Assembly (NCBI GenBank): GCA_039795225.1
Contig: JBDKEN010000002.1
Span: forward strand, 334,869-398,868
From: Bacteroidota bacterium
GTDB taxonomy: Bacteria > Bacteroidota > Ignavibacteria > Kapaibacteriales > Kapaibacteriaceae
Length of the DNA stretch: 64,000 nt
Direction of reading: 5' to 3'
Shown here: positions 12,101-20,300 of the stretch, in pieces
Layout of the letters: every line of letters begins with the position of its first letter
How positions within the stretch are numbered: position 1 is the first letter of the stretch
The notes under the pieces: generated by a model
Told to the model about the DNA's origin: nothing
The model's input: the letters and a program-made list of their open reading frames with translations, nothing else
Databases searched by the model: none
Program-made: the position numbers and the translations under genes

Positions 12101-13432
12101 CCTCGAGTGCTTGATCTCGGTGAAATCTCGATTTGCGCTTCAGACACATCATTTCCAGTACGCATTCGAAACAGTGGGATGATCGATCACACTGCAACTG
12201 TTGGAGTACGTACATCGTTGGGAACACCAACGATTTCGAGAAGCTCCATGGTGCTGAAGGCTGGAGAAGTTGACAGCGTTTGGATTACAATCATACCAAC
12301 GAGCTATCTGCCGAACACCACTGTGTCAGGAGTTGTCAACGTCCAGGAAGACGCCTGCGGCCGGCGTGATTCTACAGTATTCCAATTCTTTGCAAAGGGG
12401 CCGGTTGAGCCCATCCTGCAGCCCAATCCGCTCGATGCTGGCATTGTGACGATCGGTGCTCGTGCCGTTGGATCCATAACCGTAGAGAATCCTTCAGCTG
12501 ATACGATGACGATTCTCAGTGCTGAACTTATTCCTCAGACAGCAGAGTGGAGAATCACGCAGTCAATCACTGGTGTTGTGATCACCCCGTTTTCCAGCGC
12601 CACGGTTGATGTGGAGTATGTCCCACTGCGTGAAGAACAGACAACCGTACAGCTCGTTGTGTTGTCAAGGTCGGGTTGCCTTGATACTACCGCATCGGTA
12701 CTGACGGGACGTGGCAGAGAGCCTCGTGCCCCAGTTACCTATCGGATTCCACTGCGTGTTGATGAATACACGGTGTTACCTCGAATCGAACTGGACATTC
12801 CGATTCATCTCAGCGCGAGTGTGCTCGACGCGAAGCTTGACTCGATCCAGTGGACCATTCGGTACCAGTCGGTGAATCTCGATGTGGATTCAATTGTCAA
12901 GGGGAACGCACCCGATGTTCGACTGGAAGCACGAATGCAGCGAGGCTCAGTGGTCTTTACGGCGCATCGTGCGGGTCCGCAATTCGGCACTGCTGGTACG
13001 TTGGCGGTCATGAAGACAACGACGCGCTCGGCGGTTCCTGATAGTACGCCACTGCAGTTTACTGACATAACAGCATGGAGCCCTGAGCTCACGCAAGTTG
13101 AGCACGATGACGGCTATGTGATCGTTGATGCCTGTGGCCCACGATTTCTAATAGGCGTTGCGCCCAAATCACGGTTCAGTGTGGTGTCTCCGACGCCGCT
13201 ATCGTCATCGAATGTCTCCATACGCGTTGAGGCTGACGATGATGATGTCGTCGACGTGCACATTGTCGATGCACTGGGACGCACGGTTGCCTCGTATCAA
13301 CGGATCGTTGTTGGCAAGGGGCTTTCCCAACTCGATCTTGATGTGGCGCATCTTAGCGCGGGAACGTACATCCTGCACGTGCTATCAAATTCACGCGGCT
13401 CGCTTACTTCGACGATTCCGATTGTTCGGTGA
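9197..13432 (+). CDS. Giant secreted protein: signal peptide, BNR/Asp-box beta-propeller region, roughly 9-10 Ig-like (choice-of-anchor-D/ASH-like) domains, T9SS C-terminal sorting domain
   Basis: Signal peptide MRSILSILALALSIIGASAQ from ATG 9197. Six Asp-box motifs: TTDGGASW, STDGGATW, TTDGGATF, SDDYGDTW, SPDRGQTW, TSDAGQTW. Repeated patterns follow, such as ISNTGNAALEITSLKI...STLEIISND and VSNGG..PPGQTRQIVVAFTPTNSGPFSDTVFI. The C-terminus is VDVHIVDALGRTVASY..LSAGTYILHVLS, typical of a Por secretion tail. Confidence 0.8.
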   Translation: MRSILSILALALSIIGASAQMAQRWKKVALPAPYDGGYYLDIFFLPSNPNLGWACDQNQGYVVRTTDGGASWRGTTVLGGGSCHLEYIQFLDANVGYCSGPCGMFKSTDGGATWSSIKPAGSPLIWGGWFRSATEGWFTGGGCGSCTFLKTTDGGATFTTVTDTTIKRSILTDPYWAADMAPGEVFAIGSGTLWRSDDYGDTWQVHAYTGTNSPWHEELAMVGQSVLIPNDRERCGSPPVNPGMRFSPDRGQTWRNFATGVPMYGTFLHDAQRGWAAGQSEAVYYTSDAGQTWVKRSCGLEGASTDDIFFVDDDNGWVVGQGLFRTAPALRTQTDTIVRFLSVCPDSTARDTIRFRNVNWFASPWTATIAGPDAGMFSIANAPLATTIGSCANQNVIVQYRPTSRASHSAALIVTFQQPDTTLVVQLEGTPSVPTANPIDTVVTFTAPVGQPLAKTLVWRSSSSSMLESIISISYAGGDTTISMTAARYPEIVRSDVTLTYINAVPQDTGWTQARFRVRLGPCPRDTIITVRIYGLSPIITCPSGALASAGCSSVDTLRVPISNTGNAALEITSLKIDQSASTAFSIVGFTSGRKGMPWMIPVGERDTILIAYRSDRGRDVSTLEIISNDRTRKRGVKTPWYVALQGLSDRPRITIDKRIINLGSLCRGSVIERNINVSNGGLVLASVAATENAAALEVRPGSIMDVPPGQTRQIVVAFTPTNSGPFSDTVFISIEPCDTIIPVVVTGVVEDPLIQIEPAVVRASGMANDTLRGRAVIRLVRGDSVRVSDIRISPLPAALRFTLPSLPRILIATDSIVVNLTYSTPVPSEYRGVIEVVGATSCTTRASSEIHFVVSSNEVEITPDTVFWSYRCENNSEPRLITVLAKGTIPVTVKSVRKRSAASPFFVTGPGFPLIVNPGEQKTITIEFTPSAPGRYFDTLDVETTVDGMNAMIPLQGEYLIGSVATEPRVLDLGEISICASDTSFPVRIRNSGMIDHTATVGVRTSLGTPTISRSSMVLKAGEVDSVWITIIPTSYLPNTTVSGVVNVQEDACGRRDSTVFQFFAKGPVEPILQPNPLDAGIVTIGARAVGSITVENPSADTMTILSAELIPQTAEWRITQSITGVVITPFSSATVDVEYVPLREEQTTVQLVVLSRSGCLDTTASVLTGRGREPRAPVTYRIPLRVDEYTVLPRIELDIPIHLSASVLDAKLDSIQWTIRYQSVNLDVDSIVKGNAPDVRLEARMQRGSVVFTAHRAGPQFGTAGTLAVMKTTTRSAVPDSTPLQFTDITAWSPELTQVEHDDGYVIVDACGPRFLIGVAPKSRFSVVSPTPLSSSNVSIRVEADDDDVVDVHIVDALGRTVASYQRIVVGKGLSQLDLDVAHLSAGTYILHVLSNSRGSLTSTIPIVR

Positions 13433-14393
13433 TTGTCCCGAAGATCTGACGCAGGCACGCACGAACACCATCCTGCAGGGCCAGCTTTGAGTCAACCGGT
13501 ATCCGTGCTGTGCCCTTCTTCATCGTCGTGAGCGCCCCCTTCGAATCAATCGACTGGAGAAAGAGGGTGAGATCGGCACCATCGGGCACGCGTTCAATGC
13601 GTCCAGTAATGATCGTTCCAATGTCGAAGGCTCGCAATATCGACAGCTCCTTGAGTGTTACGGTATTGTAATTCTCAACGAAGTACAGTCCTGCGCGGGC
13701 ATACATTGAATCTCTCGAGTCAACATCGATCACGGTGTACTCAGGATGAAAGCGCAGTGATGCGACAACCGTCTGAACTGCATCATACGAGGCTGCAATC
13801 TTCTCCTTGAAGGTCGACCATGTGACGTAGTCTGGTGGTTGCGTGCCAAAGGCAATTCCTCCAACGGAGAGTAGGACCGATGGCCGAGCGCGGAGGCTTT
13901 CTTCGGCAGTCGCATAGAGGTTTGAATCCCGCAGCGCCGCACAGATTGCACGCTGCATAGAACTCAGAATGGCCGGGTCGTGAACCATTGCGCCGGATGA
14001 GTCTTGTTGCAAGAAGGTAACTCCATAGCCAACGCCGTTGGTCGAAAAGGTGAACCCATCTCCACCAACGATCACAACTTCCGAACGAATGAGGTTGGCA
14101 AGGCGTGCAACGGAACAGAAGACAATGATCTCTGCCCGCAATGAGTCGGCTACACGCTGATACGTCGCCGAGTCGCCGATACGGCGCGCCATCGAGTCGC
14201 GCACGGGCAGCGGAATGACGCTGTACTGCTTGGTCAGATCAAAAGCGAGCGCAATGCCGTCAATCAATGTTTCATGACGAAGGGCTACATCGGTTGTGTC
14301 ATAGTCCATGCGTGCGATCATCACCCGTTGGACCTGTGAGATGGCAGATGTCGATGCTGCACCCCAGAGTACCAGCAGAATAGCCAGGCGCAC
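13404..14393 (-). CDS. Hypothetical exported protein with two internally repeated ~150-aa halves
   Basis: ORF 13404..14546. A signal-like N-terminus starts from internal GTG 14393: (M)RLAILLVLWGAASTSAISQ. The alternative ATG 14483 would abut the divergent receptor gene. The two halves share VIPLPVRDSMARRIG and VIDVDSRDSMYARAG, and end in RAICAAL and RACLRQIF. I recognise no family. Confidence 0.55.
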   Translation of the reverse strand: MRLAILLVLWGAASTSAISQVQRVMIARMDYDTTDVALRHETLIDGIALAFDLTKQYSVIPLPVRDSMARRIGDSATYQRVADSLRAEIIVFCSVARLANLIRSEVVIVGGDGFTFSTNGVGYGVTFLQQDSSGAMVHDPAILSSMQRAICAALRDSNLYATAEESLRARPSVLLSVGGIAFGTQPPDYVTWSTFKEKIAASYDAVQTVVASLRFHPEYTVIDVDSRDSMYARAGLYFVENYNTVTLKELSILRAFDIGTIITGRIERVPDGADLTLFLQSIDSKGALTTMKKGTARIPVDSKLALQDGVRACLRQIFGTITEQSESSK

Positions 14394-14499
14394 AGTGCAA
14401 TGTAACGTACTGGTAACACCGGCGTAACACCCACCTAACAGGCCTCCGATAGTTTCGAAGACGTTCGTTCTGTTCTTGATCATGAGGTCTGTACTCGTT

Positions 14500-17328
14500 A
14501 TGAAACCCACCATTATCGTTACGCTGCTACTGATGACAGCAAGCATCGTTCAAGCGCAAAATGGCTCGATTGAAGGCAAAATTACTGATGCTACCACTGG
14601 CGAGGCGTTACGTCAGGCGAGTATCAGTATTGTGAACACCAAAAAGGGGGCCTATTCCGATACGAAGGGCACGTTCCGTATCAAGAAGGTCGACGCTGGT
14701 ACCTATGCAGTTAAGGCCACATACGTTGGATATGAACCAACGATTGTTCAGAATGTCGTCGTTTCTGAAGACGGCGTCACGACACTTGCGATTCTACTTG
14801 TCCCAACCGCGAGGTCTGGCAAAGAGGTTGTTGTCGCCGCAACAAAGATCAACGACAACGCGGCCGCTCTACTCATCGAACGGAAGAACGCTTCGCAGGT
14901 CTCGGATGGAATCGGCCGTGAGGAAATGTCGAAGCTGCCCGATAGTGATGCTGGTCAGTCCCTCAAGCGTGTTTCGGGTGTTACACTTCTCGATGGTAAG
15001 TATGTGTATGTCCGTGGAGTGAGCGACCGCTACAGCAACACAACGCTGAATGGTGCGGCCCTCACATCAACGGAGCCAGATCGCAAGGCGTTTGCGTTCG
15101 ACATGTTCCCGACTGAGCTGCTTGAGAACGCCAATGTTGTGAAGTCATTCACGCCAGATCTTCCAGGAAACTTTGCTGGTGGACTTGTACAACTGAACAC
15201 CATCGACTTTCCAGTTGGACGTGGTTTCAAGGTTTCGGCTTCTCAGGGGTTTAATGACTTCGTAACCTTCAAGAATGGAGGTTTCTTCCAAGCAGGTGCA
15301 GTGTCGGGCGACAATGTTGGCATGGGAGCATCTGGCCGGTCACTACCATCAGGCTTCCCAGAGAATCGCCTGGAAATGAACCAGCTGTTGCGCGATGTGC
15401 GTTCGGGTAATGCCGATGCCATTGCAAGGCTCGATGGTTTCGGACGGACATTCAATAATGGCAACTGGCAGAGCTCTGCAACAACGGTCTCTCCAAACGG
15501 AGGTCTGTCGCTGACCTATACAGATGTGTATTCCATCCGTGACACGCAAGAGATCGGTTTTGTTGCCTCAGCCAACTATGGAACATCATGGCAGAATAAT
15601 GCCATCATCCGGGCTGGAATCCTATCAAATCCAAATGACTATCTCTTCCGTTTTGATGGAACGCAATCGTCCCGTTCCGTGACTTGGGGCGGACTGTTCA
15701 ACATTGCCTATCGCGTAGGATCGGGCGGTCGACTAAGCTTCAAGAATGCCTACAATAGGTCAGCCGACTTTGAAAATGTTGCTCTTCGGGGTACAAACTT
15801 TGCGCAGTCCCAAGCTCAGCGTCTTTTCAGTTTTCAGTATGTCGAAAAGCAGCTGTATTCCGGAACGATTGCCGGTGAGCACAACATCAGTGAATTTGGT
15901 AATGCACTGGTGGACTGGAAGGTTGGCTTTTCTTCGTCGACTCGCTCCGAACCGGACTTCCGTCGACTGCAGTTCTTGCGCGACGCATTTGATCCAACGC
16001 AGCCATATACAGCAGCATTTGACCTTTCACCGCAGGGTGCGGGCTCACGAGCAGGGCGATTCTTCTCTGATCTCGACGATCAAGCCGTCACAGGTTCCTT
16101 TCACGTTGTTCTGCCTGTCACCACAGATGTCAAGGTGAAGGTAGGGGGCTTACTCGAGAATCGGTCTCGAGTCTTCAAGGCTCGGTCGTTGACGATTGTG
16201 CAGGGAGTTGAGAATGACATCTCGAGTGATCTGACGATCACGGATAGTGAGCAGTTCCCCGATCTCGGGCGCTTTTTTGCCGACAGTAACTTCAGTGTGG
16301 AGAAGCAACGACTGAGCTACTCGGAAGATTCAAAGCTGAGTGACCAGTATGATGCGATGGAGAACCTGGTTGCAGGATACGCCATGGTGGATATGCCATT
16401 CATGGTGTCAGGCATCGATATGCGCGTCATAGCAGGAGCACGTGTTGAGAAGAACATTCAACGGCTCAATTCATACACGGTTACGGATGATGCTGTGTAT
16501 GTCAATCGCGACCTCATTGACATTCTTCCAGCAGTCAATCTGATTGTTCGACCGAACGACAAGTTGAATGTGCGCGCTTCGGCGTCACAGACACTCGCGC
16601 GTCCGTCACTTCGCGAATTCGCTCCGTTTCAGTTCTATGACTTTGGAATGCAGGCCACGGTTGCCGGCAATCCGAATCTGGTCCGGGCGCTGATTCAGAA
16701 CTATGACCTTCGAGTGGAGTACTTCCCGGCTGCTGGTGAAGTTCTCTCGGCAGGGGTGTTCTACAAGCGCTTTGATAATGCGATTGAAGAGACGCTCTTT
16801 CCGCAGCAGTCTGAGCTTGTACGTTCGTATGCCAATGCAAGCGGACCAGCCAACAACATTGGTGTAGAGCTTGAGGCGCGCAAGTCACTGTCATTCTTGG
16901 GTGAGCCCCTTCGCAACTTCTTGATCTCAGTCAATGCAGCATTTATCGACTCACGAATCATCGTGCAGCAAGCTGGCGTCAACGATGAACGGGCAATGTG
17001 GGGACAGAGTCCGTACACCGTAAACACGACGCTGTCCTACTTCAACCCATCAACGAAGACTGCGGTTACGCTCGCCTATAACACCTACGGACGTCGCATT
17101 ATTCAGGTCAATCTCGTAGGTGTCTTCCAAGGCGATCCGCACGTGTACGAACTGCCACGACACGTCATCGACTTCTCGGTGATCCAGCCAGTAGGCGATG
17201 CATTGGAGTTCAAACTCAGTATTCGCGATCTGCTCAATCAGCCACTCAAGTGGGAGCAGAATGGTGCCCTCATTCAATCAAATATCCGTGGCATGGGCGT
17301 GAGCCTTGGCCTTGGTTATCGCATGTAA
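14500..17328 (+). CDS. TonB-dependent outer-membrane receptor with an N-terminal CarboxypepD_reg-like domain
   Basis: Signal peptide MKPTIIVTLLLMTASIVQAQ. CarboxypepD_reg segment: GSIEGKITDATTGEAL..TKGTFRIKKVDAGTYAVKATYVGYEP. Plug region: VSGVTLLDGKYVYVRGVSDRYSNTTLNGAALTSTEPDRKAF. A long beta-barrel ends in the aromatic-rich LGLGYRM. Confidence 0.88.
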   Translation: MKPTIIVTLLLMTASIVQAQNGSIEGKITDATTGEALRQASISIVNTKKGAYSDTKGTFRIKKVDAGTYAVKATYVGYEPTIVQNVVVSEDGVTTLAILLVPTARSGKEVVVAATKINDNAAALLIERKNASQVSDGIGREEMSKLPDSDAGQSLKRVSGVTLLDGKYVYVRGVSDRYSNTTLNGAALTSTEPDRKAFAFDMFPTELLENANVVKSFTPDLPGNFAGGLVQLNTIDFPVGRGFKVSASQGFNDFVTFKNGGFFQAGAVSGDNVGMGASGRSLPSGFPENRLEMNQLLRDVRSGNADAIARLDGFGRTFNNGNWQSSATTVSPNGGLSLTYTDVYSIRDTQEIGFVASANYGTSWQNNAIIRAGILSNPNDYLFRFDGTQSSRSVTWGGLFNIAYRVGSGGRLSFKNAYNRSADFENVALRGTNFAQSQAQRLFSFQYVEKQLYSGTIAGEHNISEFGNALVDWKVGFSSSTRSEPDFRRLQFLRDAFDPTQPYTAAFDLSPQGAGSRAGRFFSDLDDQAVTGSFHVVLPVTTDVKVKVGGLLENRSRVFKARSLTIVQGVENDISSDLTITDSEQFPDLGRFFADSNFSVEKQRLSYSEDSKLSDQYDAMENLVAGYAMVDMPFMVSGIDMRVIAGARVEKNIQRLNSYTVTDDAVYVNRDLIDILPAVNLIVRPNDKLNVRASASQTLARPSLREFAPFQFYDFGMQATVAGNPNLVRALIQNYDLRVEYFPAAGEVLSAGVFYKRFDNAIEETLFPQQSELVRSYANASGPANNIGVELEARKSLSFLGEPLRNFLISVNAAFIDSRIIVQQAGVNDERAMWGQSPYTVNTTLSYFNPSTKTAVTLAYNTYGRRIIQVNLVGVFQGDPHVYELPRHVIDFSVIQPVGDALEFKLSIRDLLNQPLKWEQNGALIQSNIRGMGVSLGLGYRM

Positions 17329-17357
17329 CGACGATCATTAATCTCACGGAGTAATCC

Positions 17358-20300
17358 ATGCGTCGACTATTCGTTATCCTTATTCCTCTGCTGTGCTGGA
17401 TGTATTCAGCAGCAGCGCAAAATCCATCGTCTTGCACGATTCGATTTCCCAACGGGGGAGAGACGTTCCGTCCCGGCACGACACAAGAACTGCGGTGGGA
17501 CACCGCTGGAACATTCCGCTCACGGTGGCGCTTTCGATTTGGAACCTCTCCGGCAGGTCCATGGACAACATTGACGGGTGCACCCGCGAATGTCCTGGAT
17601 TCAGGTGCTACTCGCGGCCAGTCCGTTCCAGGTAGCGGGGGCTGGCGCGTACCAAACATTGCTACGACATCCGGATACATCAGGATGGAGCTTATTGCTG
17701 ATACAAACGTATTCGATATATCCGATAATCCGTTCACTATCGAAGAGCCGCGAGTAGTTCAGCCAGACTCGATCATTAGTGGTGAGATCACACGGTCGAT
17801 CACTCTGCGAGCCACCAAGGTGTATGGCCTTAGTGGGTACGTCTACGTCAATAGTGGTGCAACACTCACAATTGAGCCTGGGACGATCATTGTTGGTGAC
17901 GTGCCAGGAGCCAACTCTGCATTAGTCGTAAATCGTGGTGCCAAGCTCATTGCTGATGGAACACGCCAAAAGCCTATTGTCTTCACTTCACGTGCTGCTC
18001 CGGGACAGCGTGCCCGTGGTGACTGGGGTGGAATCCTGATCTGCGGAAGAGCACGTGTTAACCAACCTGCCGGCCAGGCCGCCCTTGAAGGCGGTGTTGC
18101 CGATCAAACCGCAGGGGGCAAGGGTTGGTATGGTGGAACCGATGACGACGACAATAGCGGTATTTTACGCTTTGTCCGCATTGAGTTCGCAGGTATCGCA
18201 ACGCAGCCGAATTCTGAACTCAACTCCCTCACCCTTGGAGGTGTTGGCCGTGGAACGGTGATCGAGTATGTGCAGTGCTCATATGGTAACGATGATGCTT
18301 TCGAGTGGTTCGGTGGTACAGTCAATGGAAAGCACCTCATTGCCTACGGTACACTCGATGATGACTTTGATTGTGACAACGGATTTTCCGGTAAGGTGCA
18401 GTTTGGTCTCGTAAAGCGTTTCCGCACCGTTGCTGATGTATCCACATCGCAGGCGTTTGAAATCGATAACGATGCGACGAGCTCATTCAACAACCCAAAG
18501 ACGTCGCCGATCTTTTCCAACTTTACTGTCATTGGTCCACTTCAGGATACTGCCTGGACAACCGGTGGTGGAGTGAATCAGTACAGCTCTCGCTATGGAG
18601 CTGCTGCACAGATTCGTCGCAATGCCCGGGCAAGCATCTTCAATGCCGTGTTTGTAGGATGGCCACGTGGTTTCGAAATTGCTCAAGCGCCAACAATGGC
18701 TGCAGCGAATGCTGACACTTTAATGGTCCGCAACAATAGTTGGTTTGGTGTGAAGGGCGCAGTTCTAACGCTAGCCGGCGGAACACCACCGTCTGGCATG
18801 GATGCAAACTGGTTGTTGAAACAGGTGTTTGCCAACACGGTCGATCGTGGTAATCCAAACAATGCATTTCTCGCAAATGCATGGCCAAATGACAACTCGT
18901 TTGACCCACGCCCGCTGGTTGTGGCGCCGTATCTCGCATCTGCTAGCTTTGAAAACGGCTCGCCATTGGTGGCAATCAGTGACGCATATCTCGATCGAGT
19001 GACCTATCGTGGAGCGTTTAGTGCTGCAGGGTCGCGCTGGGATGAAGGTTGGGCAGAGTACGATCCAGTCAATCGTGAGTATCGCGCTCAGCCTCTTGTT
19101 CGGCTTGTGTCGCCTGGCACTGTGGCCGGTGAAAAGTATCAGCAGGGTCAGAAGCTAAACATCACATGGGATACATCAGGTGCCGCTGGTAACATGTTCA
19201 AGTTCGAGTTTGCGACATCAGCTTCAGGCCCATGGCAGCCGATTCCAGGCGCAGAGAACATCAAGGATGAAGGTGCAACACGAGGTGTTCTCAAGGATGG
19301 ATTTACCACTCCAGCTGTCGTCACAACTACCGGATATCTCCGAATGACTCTGGTGAGTGACCCTTCAGTGTTCGATATCTCAGACTTTCCGTTTTCAATC
19401 GAGGCACCGGTCGTAAAGGAACCTACAGTGCGACTCATCGAGCCGGGTGGAAACAACAAGGTGTTCCGTGTTGGTCAGTCAGTTGATGTTCGCTGGGACA
19501 CAACCAATACCTTCCGTCAGCGCTGGCGCTTTGAGTTTGGCAAGAGTCCCGATGGACCATGGAAAGTTCTAGCTGGCATGTCGAACGTACTCGATAGTGC
19601 CACACGTCGTGGCTCCTTTGCCGGTGGCATCGTCTTTCGCCCGGAAGATCAAACGAAGACAGGATATGTGCGCATGACATTGCTGAGCGACACAACAAAG
19701 ACGGATATCAATGACCAGCCGTTCGAGGTTGCCGCGCCAGCACCAATCAACGTAGACTCTATTCTTGAGGGCGAGATCACGGGTCGGGTGCGACTTGTGA
19801 ACACAAAAATCTATGGCCTAAAGGGGTATGTTTATGTCAATGATGGTGGAATTCTCGACATCCAGGAAGGAACGATCATCGTTGGCGATGAACCTGGAAA
19901 CAACTCTGCCCTTGTCATCAATCGAGGTGGAAAAATCCTCGCAGAAGGAACGGCAAAGGATCCAATCATCTTTACGTCCCGTTCTGTTCCTGGTCAGCGG
20001 GCACGAGGTGACTGGGGTGGAATTCTCATTTGTGGCAAGGCTCGCGTGAATCAGCCAGCCGGTCAGGCTGCTCTTGAAGGAGGCGTTGCATCGCAGACAC
20101 CAGGCGGTAAGGGCTGGTATGGTGGAACAGATGACGACGATAATAGCGGTGTTCTGCGCTTCGTCCGTATCGAGTTTGCAGGCATTGCAACGCAACCAAA
20201 CTCGGAATTGAATTCACTGACCATGGGTGGTGTCGGTCGTGGTACTACGATTGAGCACGTACAAGTATCCTATGGTAACGACGACGGATTCGAGTGGTTT

